NCBI RefSeq assembly: GCF_001194135.2
Contig: NC_068990.1
Location: 66,844,599 to 66,883,562, forward strand
Length of the DNA stretch: 38,964 nucleotides
Source: Octopus bimaculoides
Lineage: Eukaryota
Reading direction: 5' to 3'
The notes beneath the pieces are model-generated. The model did not search any database, was not told where the DNA came from, and saw nothing but the letters and a program-made list of their open reading frames with translations. The position numbers were made by a program, and so were the translations under genes. How positions within the stretch are numbered: position 1 is the stretch's first letter; every line of letters begins with the position of its first letter. Positions 20,481 to 31,567 of the stretch are shown in pieces.

Positions 20481-21102
20481 NNNNNNNNNNNNNNNNNNNN
20501 NNNNNNNNNNNNNNNNNNNNNNNNNNNNNNNNNNNNNNNNNNNNNNNNNNNNNNNNNNNNNNNNNNNNNNNNNNNNNNNNNNNNNNNNNNNNNNNNNNNN
20601 NNNNNNNNNNNNNNNNNNNNNNNNNNNNNNNNNNNNNNNNNNNNNNNNNNNNNNNNNNNNNNNNNNNNNNNNNNNNNNNNNNNNNNNNNNNNNNNNNNNN
20701 NNNNNNNNNNNNNNNNNNNNNNNNNNNNNNNNNNNNNNNNNNNNNNNNNNNNNNNNNNNNNNNNNNNNNNNNNNNNNNNNNNNNNNNNNNNNNNNNNNNN
20801 NNNNNNNNNNNNNNNNNNNNNNNNNNNNNNNNNNNNNNNNNNNNNNNNNNNNNNNNNNNNNNNNNNNNNNNNNNNNNNNNNNNNNNNNNNNNNNNNNNNN
20901 NNNNNNNNNNNNNNNNNNNNNNNNNNNNNNNNNNNNNNNNNNNNNNNNNNNNNNNNNNNNNNNNNNNNNNNNNNNNNNNNNNNNNNNNNNNNNNNNNNNN
21001 NNNNNNNNNNNNNNNNNNNNNNNNNNNNNNNNNNNNNNNNNNNNNNNNNNNNNNNNNNNNNNNNNNNNNNNNNNNNNNNNNNNNNNNNNNNNNNNNNNNN
21101 NN

Positions 21103-21134
<32 letters not shown>

Positions 21135-21135
21135 T
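20435..21135. repeat. (CA)n, gap 20481-21102, (TTA)n
   Basis: Direct inspection. Confidence 0.95.
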
Positions 21136-22069
21136 TATTATATTATATTTATCTTATGATATTTACTTTACTTTATATTATACTCGTTTATTGTGCTTTT
21201 AATTATTAATTTTTCTATATGTGATAGTGGATTTTCATCGATGAGTTCTTGAAAATTGGTTATTTTCCCTAAAACTATATATTTTATATATACTTTATCT
21301 ATAAGGCTCAATTTAATTTTAATTTTTTATAAATTGATTTTAATTGAGTATTTTACCTGTAATTTTGGATTTTGTCCCTAATATTATTATTATATATATA
21401 TATATATATATACATATATACATACATCCCCTTCTCCGTATATATTATCTGTGTGTGCGTGTGCGTGCGTGTGTATTAGTATATGTTATGCTGTGTATGT
21501 ATATATATATTTTCCTTTCCTTTTAATGACTACGTATTTGGTACCAATATATGATGGAATGGCTAAAATTTCACTTGGCAATAAAGAGGTCATGGCTCGG
21601 TTTTGATCTGACCATGAGGCTTCTTAAACAAATGCCTCCTACCATGTTTCAGGTCGGTACAAGCTTTGTGAATGAATCTGCATTCGTAGAATTTGAATGA
21701 TTGTACCTGCATTTCAGAGATCCAGCTAAAGTGAAGTTGAAATTTCGCAATGTGAGGGAAACAGCCTGACATCAACATTAAGTATTGTAACACCATACAG
21801 CAGTTTGTTTCGGGAATCGTTTTACTACATCCCATATTGAGACGAGAGAAAACTGTATCAACATCTAAAATACCAAATGGATGCGATCAAGGAAAATTTA
21901 TGCTGAAGCAGTGTTCATTGTCTTAGGCTTTAAGAAGAATAAGAACAAGAAATAGTTGACAACAGGAATATGGCCAAAACTAAATTAAGTACAGTAAGAA
22001 TTGAAGAACAACAATGATTGATAATTTTTTTCAAATCTTAGCACAATGGTTGCAATTTTATGGGAGAAG

Positions 22070-22204
22070 AATGTCGATTACATTGACCCCAGTGCACAAT
22101 TGGTACTTATCTCATGGACCCCGAAAGAACGAAAATGTAAAATCAACCTTGACAGGATTTGAGCCGCTAAACATTTTGCCCAGTTCTGCCAGTTTGCTAC
22201 CTTA
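22070..22204 (-). mobile_element. SINE family B degenerate copy
   Basis: gtcgattacattgaccccagtgcacaattggtacttat...ccccgaaaga...ttctgccagtttgctacc. Confidence 0.7.
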
Positions 22205-22467
22205 ATGGTTTCATTAATGATAAACATATTTTTGAACACAATTTAGAAGTTCTCAAAAAGGAATCGGAAATATTCGTAAAAAGTTAAACTAACACAACGA
22301 CTCGTTGTTTGGAGAACAGACATACATACAACAAATGTGATCACAGAATAGAATCATCGTTGCTGATAGTTGGAAGAAGAAATTGAGTGAAAGAGAGCGC
22401 CAAAAAAGTTAGTTCTAACTGGCGGCGATAACATATTCTGCGAAATTATAGGTGTGTATGAGAGCAT

Positions 22468-22498
22468 ACATACACACACACGCACCCGAACGCACACG

Positions 22499-22535
<37 letters not shown>

Positions 22536-23149
22536 ACANNNNNNNNNNNNNNNNNNNNNNNNNNNNNNNNNNNNNNNNNNNNNNNNNNNNNNNNNNNNNN
22601 NNNNNNNNNNNNNNNNNNNNNNNNNNNNNNNNNNNNNNNNNNNNNNNNNNNNNNNNNNNNNNNNNNNNNNNNNNNNNNNNNNNNNNNNNNNNNNNNNNNN
22701 NNNNNNNNNNNNNNNNNNNNNNNNNNNNNNNNNNNNNNNNNNNNNNNNNNNNNNNNNNNNNNNNNNNNNNNNNNNNNNNNNNNNNNNNNNNNNNNNNNNN
22801 NNNNNNNNNNNNNNNNNNNNNNNNNNNNNNNNNNNNNNNNNNNNNNNNNNNNNNNNNNNNNNNNNNNNNNNNNNNNNNNNNNNNNNNNNNNNNNNNNNNN
22901 NNNNNNNNNNNNNNNNNNNNNNNNNNNNNNNNNNNNNNNNNNNNNNNNNNNNNNNNNNNNNNNNNNNNNNNNNNNNNNNNNNNNNNNNNNNNNNNNNNNN
23001 NNNNNNNNNNNNNNNNNNNNNNNNNNNNNNNNNNNNNNNNNNNNNNNNNNNNNNNNNNNNNNNNNNNNNNNNNNNNNNNNNNNNNNNNNNNNNNNNNNNN
23101 NNNNNNNNNNNNNNNNNNNNNNNNNNNNNNNNNNNNNNNNNNNNNNNNN
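22468..23149. repeat. (CA)n microsatellite into gap 22539-23149
   Basis: Direct inspection. Confidence 0.95.
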
Positions 23150-24504
23150 GAAACCGTTAGTCGGCTGAAAACGAATTGAATTTATTAAAGTGAAACTACT
23201 ACTGCTAATGGCTGCCGACTAATGTCAGTCGTAAGATTCTCAAATAAACCAGTCTCCATTTTAATTACATGCGATTGCCGTCAACGAAATCAATAGAAAA
23301 CTTTATATTTTGTGTATATTTTTAGAGAGAGAAACTATTTTAACACAAATTTGATTGCTGTATCTCTTCGCTTCAAACAATAGTTAAATCTATTAATATT
23401 TTTGGAAATTTAGTATTATTCAAAGCTTCCTCTTTCCTTTCGCTTTACAAAGCGGCGTGAATTTTGGCAAATTTAGAAATCAATATTCATTGAATTTCCT
23501 TTCAGTTTTACTGTGAGTTTGATGTCTCTCGAATTCTGTCCGCTCATTGATCTGTATTCCTAGTATTATTACTGCTGTTACAGCATTTCCTCTCTTATTC
23601 TTTAATGTTGTTGATTAAGAGATTGTTTTGTTCAGTTATTTGAGAGGAGATAGGTTAGCGTTTTCTCGTGAAAAGTTCCATCAGATGTCGCAGAGATTTT
23701 CATTAGTTCTGAAATGGTTAATCTCGAAGCTGGTAAAGTTATAAATAACAGCGTGTAAAGATTGGGTTTAAAATCTTTTGGCTAGAAAAAAATGGAAGGC
23801 TTTCTGCAGGACTCACTGGTAAAAACAAAGTTCCTGAAAATGGAAAGAGAGATTCGAAGGCTTGCTTTGCTCCCGATGGTAGAACACTTTCCTTGTTTAT
23901 GGGAAATGTGGATTCGAGTCCTATAGGCAGTCTTCAATTTTTTTCTATCCAAAAGGTTTTTTAACCTAATGTTTTTCGCAACTATTTATAGCTTTTTCTG
24001 CTCCGAGATTCATAATTCCGTTAAAGAATTACTCCCCGTTCTCTCGAACTTTATAAATTCATTTGAAGTCTTTTATTGAATCGATAGTCTGAGTACATTC
24101 CACTCTTGTTATACGAAATGCAGCTAAACATTGTACCCAGCGTGCTAACGGTTATGCCATCTCACCACCTTCCTCTCGTGTTATATTAAAGTGAATTACT
24201 GCTGCATCAATCCCATGATACAGTGTCTATTTTGTATTAATTATTACTTTATGACGTTTTCATCTGCTTCGGCTTGCGAATCGTGGCCATGTTGGGGCAC
24301 CACTATTATTTTTGCTACACATTTATTTTTAACTAAACCTTCTTTGCTTGTTGTGTGTTTTGATTTTGGCTTTCGTTTTCGTCGAGTAAGTGAGGGAGTT
24401 AGGTGTTTCTACCTTCATTTGTATTCCTTGCTGTGGAGTAGATTCATCTGGAATCTTACATAACAGGATTGCCAGTTTTCTCTTCAAAACATCTTCATCC
24501 ATAC

Positions 24505-24612
24505 CGTTTTTTACTTTTTATTTTTAACTTGTTTCAGTCTTTGGACTTCAGCCATACTGGGGACACTACCTTGAAGCGCTTAACCAAACAAATCGACTCC
24601 ATTATTTTTTTA

Positions 24613-24666
<54 letters not shown>

Positions 24667-24745
24667 CACACATGTATATACAATGGACTTTTGCACAGTT
24701 TCCTTCTTCCGAATTCACTTACAGGGCATTGGTTGGTCTGGGTCT
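24505..24745 (-). mobile_element. SINE family A deleted copy with internal (CA)n
   Basis: Tail ttaacttgtttcagtctttggacttcagccatactggggacac, then (CA)n at 24616-24672, then caatggacttttgcacagtttcc...ttcacttacagggcattggttgg. Confidence 0.7.
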
Positions 24746-24879
24746 TCGCTGATCTTAAAAATGGCTTACTTTCTTGTTGGTTATGAATTCATGTCTTTAA
24801 AATTAATTTCTCTGTACCTTATTGCCTCGAGTCATGGGGCTCATAGGGTCTGTTACCCAATTTCCATTGTGTAGAAGTA

Positions 24880-25072
24880 ATTGAGATCGCAACATTCCAA
24901 CCCCACCCCCACCGAATGAGATGGTAGTCCTTCGCAGAGTTACTCATTTACAGCTAAGTGAACTAAAGCAACATGGAATGAAATGTTTTGCTCAACAACA
25001 TAATTCATCGCCTGGCCTGGGAATCGAAACCACGTTCTTGCGATCATGAGTGCAACATTCTAACCAGTAGTT
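24880..25072 (-). mobile_element. tRNA-derived SINE family C copy
   Basis: tactcatttacagctaagtgaac...gcaacatggaatgaaatgttttgctcaa...gggaatcgaaaccacg...cgatcatgagtgcaacattctaacca; same family as 31310-31470. Confidence 0.75.
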
Positions 25073-25099
25073 CAAACTGCTTTACACATTTTTACTATT

Positions 25100-25195
25100 A
25101 TATGGTCGATAAAATAAGTATTAGTCCTGGAGTCGACCTAATCGATCTCCCCTCTTCTAATTTATGTCCTTGTGTCGATGTTGAAAGCCAATAAA
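25100..25195 (+). mobile_element. SINE family B 3' part
   Basis: ggtcgataaaataagtattagtcctggagtcgacctaatcgatc...tgtccttgtgtc. Confidence 0.65.
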
Positions 25196-25744
25196 CACAC
25201 ACACACACACACACACACACGCGCACACACACACACACACATACACACACACACACACGTACTGATTTTTACGATCCACTTCTGTATTCAAAGTCTTTCG
25301 TCAGATTCCTGTGGCCCGTTAATTGATCTCTACTGGATATTTTAAGCACTTGAATAATAATGTAACAAATTTTGCTATCAATTCATGCTTGTATTCCAAA
25401 TATTTTTTTTTTCCATCATGAACGGTGAAATAACTTAAAATAGAGATTAGCACCAATGAGCTGAGAGTGCAACCTCTTCCATTTCCCGATCACAGCGATC
25501 GCATTCATATCGCTTGATATCATATAATTGAACTCCCTTGTTTCTGTAATTTTAAGGTTTTGGGCAAGAAATAATTATTTTTATGAGAGCTGTTCAAATG
25601 ACAGACATGATGGGGAGAGTAGCTAATTTCATGTTCCCGTACCGGTATTCTGGTCCCGCTGTTTTATGTTCAAATTCAGAATTCACGTTGGCTCTCGGAA
25701 TTTTCAGGATTTATAAAATATCCATAATATATTTATTTAAAATT

Positions 25745-25885
25745 TAGGCACACGGCCAGCAATTCTTAGGGGTGGGGATAGTCGGTCACATCGGTTCTAG
25801 TACTTAACTGGTACTTTATTTGATCGATGTTGGAAGTATAAAAGACATCAAAACTGACATCCACGGGATTTGAAACCAGATGGCA
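25745..25885 (-). mobile_element. SINE family B degenerate copy
   Basis: ggcacacggccagcaatt...gtcggtcacatcgg...tacttaactggtactttatt...gggatttgaa. Confidence 0.6.
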
Positions 25886-25957
25886 GTGCCAGTAAACCAC
25901 TAGATCGGCTTGTAGTTACCCCCTCGTATGTACATATGTATGTAGATATACAGTTAT

Positions 25958-26170
25958 GTGGAGGCGCAATGGCCCAGTGGTTAGGGCAGCGGACTCACGG
26001 CCATAGGATCGCGGTTTCGATTCCCAGACCGGGCGTTGTGAGTGTTTATTGCGCGAAAACACCTAAAGCTCCACAAGGCTTCGGCAGGGGATGGTGGCGA
26101 ACCCTGCTGTACTCTTCCGCCACAACTTTCTCTTACTCTTANNNNNNNNNNCCTCGACGTCGTAAGCGAT
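25958..26170 (+). mobile_element. tRNA-derived SINE (family D), well-preserved head, body crossed by gap 26142-26151
   Basis: ggcgcaatggcccagtggttagggcagcggactc...ggtttcgattccc has Pol III A-box and B-box-like motifs. The 3' end reads cctcgacgtcgtaagcga. Confidence 0.8.
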
Positions 26171-26171
26171 A

Positions 26172-26445
26172 GATATATACGTAGGTATGTACATATACAT
26201 GTAGGCATGTATGAGTTCATGTGTGTATGTATATATATGCATCTTGGAATATATACCGGTATGTAGATATATAGCTATATATGTAGTTATATATGCATGT
26301 GTAGCTAAGTTATATATGTATGTGTATGTTTACGGGTAAATAGTTAATTATATATTATTGCATACATGTATATGTGTATTTATGCAAGCGTGTATGTATG
26401 TATGTATGCATGTATGTATATATGTGTGTGTGTGTTTGTATGTTG
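26172..26445. repeat. Degenerate (TATG/TA/TG)n low-complexity tract
   Basis: Direct inspection. Confidence 0.9.
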
Positions 26446-26589
26446 TTTACAGCAGCCTAAAATCCGGTGTTGTTTATATTATATTCCTTTACGTCAAAGT
26501 GTAACTTAGCGACGCAATAAAACAGAGAACTTTAAAATAAAATAGCAGACCAATAATCACAGAAAATAAACATGACAAAGCAAAAGTTC

Positions 26590-26645
26590 TTGAAGGCGAT
26601 GTTCCAGCATGGCCGCTGTCCAATGACTAAAGCCAGTAAAAGACT
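26590..26645 (+). mobile_element. SINE family A 3' tail fragment
   Basis: aaggcgatgttccagcatggccgctgtccaatgactaaagccagtaaaaga. Confidence 0.7.
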
Positions 26646-27271
26646 TTAATACATCATCTGTATGAAAGTAATGTCGAAATAATTATAGTCCTTAGTTGCC
26701 AACTTCTGAGTTTGATTTTTCTCGATCTGTTCGTTTTATTTTCGTTCTTATTCACAAACGTTTCGCTTTAATTTATTTTTATGTTCGTTTCCTCCTTCTG
26801 AACAAAGAAATCACTGTAGAATAGAAAGGTTAGTGGATCTCCGTCGTTCGACGATGCGGATTTGATTGCCCGATTAACTAAAATAATTTGCGCCTAAATT
26901 AAGACATAAGTGGCTGAGTATTCCACAAACATATAACCTTAACATAACGTATTTATTCGCATGTCACTCGTTTATGAATCGAATCTCTAATTTTGTGATA
27001 AATCTTGCAACAAAATTTTCTTCCCTTTATACTTTTAGCTTTGCCCCGTGTATACGTCGCAGCCCAATTTTTTCCAGTTAAAATCAGGTGTAAATTAGTC
27101 CGAATTATACAGGAGCAAATAGCAATGCTATTTGAAGCAGGTTCACAAGCCCGCAAAATATTCGTTGGGAGACAACGACAGTTATCTCTCCTAATTGAAC
27201 ATTCTAGAATATTCCAAATGAACGTGTTTAACTCCCTCTTTGCTAACTTACTAAGCAGTATTGTAAAACGA

Positions 27272-27350
27272 CACGCAGGAGGGCGCTAGTGGCACATTGC
27301 CTATTTAAGCGTGTATGCCCGTTCGAACTTCTTCTCTTTTCTCTTTTCTT
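27272..27350 (+). promoter_or_regulatory. Candidate core promoter: CTCF-like motif, TATA-like box, pyrimidine-rich TCT-type initiator
   Basis: ACGCAGGAGGGCGCTAGTGG at 27273-27292, TATTTAA at 27302-27308 and CTTCTCTTTT starting 29 nt later at 27331. Confidence 0.3.
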
Positions 27351-27827
27351 CTCCGCGACTCGACAAGATCAACTTCGGAAAAGAGACCCAGGCACATGAA
27401 TTCGATATTCAATTCTTACCAGCAACTCGCTATAGTATACTACATCTAGTGCCTGTGGAAAGTGAATAATATAGCTTGAATTACTTTTATTTTCTCAATG
27501 TTATCACAGAACATGTCAAGTTGTTCAGAACCTTTTCTTCATCCCAGATAACTTTATTGAACATTGTGTACTCACTTTATGAGTTCGTTTGTCACGCATC
27601 TGAATAAAACCTTGGAGGTGAAGTTATTCGTACTGATACGAGTGTTATTGTTACTGCACAGAAGTATTTCATGGTCATTAGATTAATGAATCTGCCCAAT
27701 TATTAAAGTGTTGACGTTTTCATTTGCGACATCACTCGATAGGAGTAATTACAATAATTATCACGCGGAATCAGCACCACATAGAGTGTGATAAGTTTGT
27801 ACCTTTAGAATTCCAGGAACAAATTCT

Positions 27828-27982
27828 CCCAATGGACTTCCATACAGTTTCCGTCTACCCATATTTACTCACAAGTTATGAGTCTACCTGAGGATATAGA
27901 AAATAACGTTTGCCCCAAATTACACGCAGTAGGATCGAAAGCTCGAACACTGGTTGATTGTTGCAAACAGATCATTTTAACC
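27828..27982 (-). mobile_element. SINE family A head, degenerate
   Basis: aatggacttccatacagtttccgtctacccatatttactcacaag...cacgcagtaggatcgaa. Confidence 0.7.
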
Positions 27983-28127
27983 ATTCGACCACATTGCATA
28001 TGTTTGAAAATCTAAATTGTGGTTGCTCGTTTCAGTTCCATTTAGGCATTATTCGAGAACTGACACTGCCAGAAAACAAACCCTTTTTTTAATGTAAGCA
28101 ATACGACAAGTGACCAGCCGTTATTAC

Positions 28128-28200
28128 TATACTTGCATGTTACCCGTCATATGACGGGTAACTTTGGAAGTATAATTTTACCACTATGCATATCAGAAAT
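28128..28200. repeat. Interspersed repeat with a perfect 24-bp palindrome (related copy at about 2900-2950)
   Basis: gttacccgtcatatgacgggtaac at 28139-28162. The downstream atatgacgggtaactttggaagtataattttaccacta resembles 2907-2945. Confidence 0.6.
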
Positions 28201-28684
28201 TATGGCATAACTACAAAATTATAATTTAACGTTTATCAAATTTTCTGCTACTTATACAAAGTGATGCCTTGAATGCTAATTTTCAGAAGATATTACCTCA
28301 GAATAAAATTAAATCAAACTACTTCTCATTTGTATATTTGCATAAATATACGTTATTATTTTTCTAAATTTCATCAACACAACCATCGAAAACCTATCTC
28401 TGTAAAACTTGAACGCCTCCCATGATTACTCTACCATTTACTCCTTCTCTTTCTGCTCCTTCTCTTCCTCTTCTGTTTTTATGATTCTTGATCGCACACC
28501 GTGTGTGTGTTTCGTATTCCTTTACTCACTGCCTTCCATCAAACTATGCACCTCTTATGTTAACTCGCTCTCTCTCTCTCTCTCTCTCTCTCGCTCCGTT
28601 TCTCCGTACGATGTAAAGCATGACTGGCGGATTCAACCAAACAACCAACCAGTTAATACTTATCTCGGTTATTATTATACAGAG

Positions 28685-29325
28685 GTGTGAAGGAGAACTG
28701 GCATGATTGTTAGAGTGTCGAAAAAAGATTCCTTAGAGTATTGTTCCATATCTCTACATTCTGGTTTTAAATTCCTCCAAGGTGATCTTTGTCTTTCATT
28801 CACCCCTCGAGATCGATAAAATAATATAACCACACTATAGAATCGACTAACTCCAGCTGTCGAAACTGCTGACCTTTTACTTAACAGTATTGACAAAATG
28901 TTTCGGTGAAATGGCAGAATCGTTAGAGTATTGGACCAAATGCTCTGCAGAATTGATTCTGGTGCATTACATTCTGTGCTCAAATTCTGCCGGTGTTAAC
29001 TTTCCCTTTCATCCCTCCGGGGTCCACAAAATGATGTATCAGTCAAGTACTGGATTCGATGGTATGGACTACTGTACTTCACTTTAAAACTCCTTACCTT
29101 GTGTACGAGCTGACAGAAACATTAGAAAGTCGGATCAAATGCTTTGTGGTATTTGGTCCGTGCCTTTATATTCTGTGTTGAAGTTCTGTCAATGTTAACC
29201 TTACCTATTATCCTGCCAAGGTCAAAAAAAAAAAAAAGAATCAGTCTAGTACTGGGGTCGGTGTAATTGCTAAACCTCTTCCTTTCAGAATTGCTGGCTT
29301 TATAACTAAATTAGAAACAATTATA
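28685..29325 (+). mobile_element. Three head-to-tail degenerate SINE family B copies
   Basis: Heads at about 28690, 28905 and 29108 (tggca.gat.gttagag), each followed by aaatt(c)...tttc.tttcat and actgg..tcga remnants. Confidence 0.7.
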
Positions 29326-30434
29326 TTACTATATGTGAGTGACTACTAAAGACGTAGGTAAAAGCCAGTATGGACTGCAAAGTAAGTCGACAAATATTGG
29401 CTTTACCGATTCCTCTACATCAATAAATGAGACTGAATTATACTGTTTTTGTCTTTCATTTTCTTGATTAAAGGTCAATGAGTAACTTTCAATCAATAAT
29501 TTACACAGAGACAGGACAGAACATTCATAAAGGACAAAAAATAAGGAGAAATGAGACTGAGGTAGCAAACGTTGACAAACAATAAACTCACCAAACAGAA
29601 AAAAAGGAGGGAAGAAAGGCAAAAATGAAAGAAAGAAGAAAAGAAAGAAAATACAGCACCAATCCTTTTAAAGACATTTCTGGTTTCAGTAAAACCCATT
29701 AGTGCCAATTCTTTCAAAGAAACCACTCCTAGAATCAGCACTTATCTCATCTTTTGAATCAAGTGGAATATTGATGTAAAAATCATTGTCGCTATAGTGT
29801 TAAAATCGTTCTGGCTAATTTATTTACCAGGAATTAACATCTTCGAAACAATTTACTACCACCAACCCATCCACGTTCAAGTCGGTGAAATAAATACAGG
29901 GGATGCTTTACCCCTAGCAGAAACTTCCGAAACTACCTAATAATGTTGCATACTCTTTCTCGAGATGTTGACTATCGCATTGTTTCGAATCCTTCTGTTA
30001 TTTTCACTGAATATCTCAGGGCCTCAAGTCTTACGTGTCTCAGTCTGTACGTTTCGCCTGAGTATGGCAACAAAGACTGAATTCGCTTGAGCCAACTGAA
30101 GTGTTCTATCTGGAGTTTCTCGTCAATCACAATCACCTTGAACTTGTTTCAGTCCCCATGGCTATTCCCTTGGATCGCAAACCAATTTCCTTCAAGAAAT
30201 AGTGCACAGGTCTTGCTGGAATACTGCACCATCCAACTTCAACGGGAACTAAGGCTGCCGTCCTTTCACAAGAGTCTCATTCTGACCATAAAAATTGAAG
30301 AATTATTTTTCCTGATGTCAATCAACAGAATATTATCAACCAGCAACGACCACAAATTTGTGAGGATAGATGCAGATCCAAGACTCGGCTCCCTGCATTT
30401 ATATGTGTAAACTTTATCTCGAGACGAGAACATC

Positions 30435-30620
30435 TATGCAGTCGTTTGACCTGAGAGAAAAAGCTATGAAATATTTTTCGAATTAAACCCTACGGTCTTA
30501 AACAATGAAGAATATATGGGAAGTGGAGTTGTTCATGATATTGGAAAACAACGAGATGGTTACGGCTTGAGTATCTTTAATCATAGTTCTACTCGGTCGT
30601 GGCTGGTCCGAAGTAACCAA
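30435..30620 (+). mobile_element. Interspersed repeat 3' tail module
   Basis: gcagtcgtttgacctgagagaaaaagc...accctacggtcttaaa...gatggttacggc; related to 8560-8640. Confidence 0.5.
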
Positions 30621-31107
30621 GAATACGTTTTTATCTGAATTCAATTACTGAATAAAGATTACATATTTGATACTTTGGTGTTGTCATTTTGTATTTCAAT
30701 CTAGACAAGAAGAGTAGATCAGTGACTCAACATAGCACGAACTAGTAAGCACCCTGTAGATATAGAAACAACACACTTATAGAAACAATACGTTACAGCA
30801 AGCATTATCAGCTCTTATAAAATAGTCATGAAGTATTTATAGCTTTTGAGCAGGCAGTCATTCAGCCTGTTTGTAATTGGAAAACTGACTAGAAGTATTT
30901 TATATGTTTAGGGTGGTGTTTGGTTAATAGTATTAGCTTTATAAGTAGAAGCAAAATCAATTTTAGCCGAGTAGTTTTAAATGAATAAGGCTTCTCACAC
31001 TTTCACTAAAAGCTCAGTCCACACCCCCTCTTTACAAAAGCTGAAGTCCAGAAATTGCTGATTCATTCAGTGAAAACTGCGGCACTTTTGCTCAAGTATT
31101 ACTGTCT

Positions 31108-31260
31108 TGTTAAGAAGCTCGTTTTGCAACCGCGTGGTTTCGGGGTTCAATTCAACTGCACGGCACTTTGAGTTAGTTAGTACCTAAGCCCTAAGCCGAT
31201 TAATGCGTTGTGAGTGAACTTGATTGACGGAAATTGTGTGGAACCCCGTCAAATATATAT
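31108..31260 (+). mobile_element. SINE family A head, degenerate
   Basis: taagaagctcgttttgcaaccgcgtggtttcggggttcaattcaactgcacggcactttg...gacggaaattgtgtggaaccccgtc. Confidence 0.7.
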
Positions 31261-31309
31261 AGGATAAAGATCTTTCCCGAGTCTTATAGGTCCGGTTTCC
31301 GTTACGTAT

Positions 31310-31470
31310 ATATTTAACCCTGGACAGAACGCCAGTCCATTGCAGGAATACTCACTTGTGCCAGCTGAGTGAACAGGAGCAACATGAAATGAAGTGCTTT
31401 GCCTTAGAACACAACTCGTCGCTCGGGCCAGGAATCGGAACCACAATCTTACGATCTTGAGTCTCACACC
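31310..31470 (-). mobile_element. tRNA-derived SINE family C copy
   Basis: actcacttgtgccagctgagtgaacaggagcaacatgaaatgaagtgctttgcc...ggaatcggaaccacaatcttacgatc. Confidence 0.75.
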
Positions 31471-31478
31471 ATATATAA

Positions 31479-31551
31479 GTCTCTGTGGCGCAATTGGTTA
31501 GTGCGTTTGGCTGATAACCAAAGGCTGGTGGATCGAGCCATCCCAGGAATA
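31479..31551 (+). pseudogene. tRNA-Asn-derived pseudogene (anticodon reads GAT)
   Basis: gtctctgtggcgcaattggttagtgcgtttggctgataaccaaaggctggtggatcgagccatcccagg closely follows eukaryotic tRNA-Asn(GTT). The anticodon stem tttgg/ccaaa is intact. The T-loop is damaged (atcgag) and the acceptor stem has a mismatch. Confidence 0.8.
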
Positions 31552-31567
31552 GCTTACGTTTTATATA

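Noticed and set aside
21590-21835. 81-aa minus-strand ORF in moderately GC-balanced sequence
   Set aside because: No recognisable motif or splice support.
23150-23225. GAAAC-cgtta-GTC immediately after a gap, with a 9-bp inverted repeat ttagtcggc/gccgactaa
   Set aside because: It could be the 3' half of a hammerhead, but the 5' half would lie inside the N-gap, so it is untestable here.
23865-23935. tRNA-like fragment (tggtagaacac...ggattcgagtcc)
   Set aside because: It cannot be folded into a cloverleaf. At most it is a decayed SINE head.
30087-30410. 107-aa plus-strand ORF and overlapping frames
   Set aside because: No family motif was recognised and the alternative frames contain stops.
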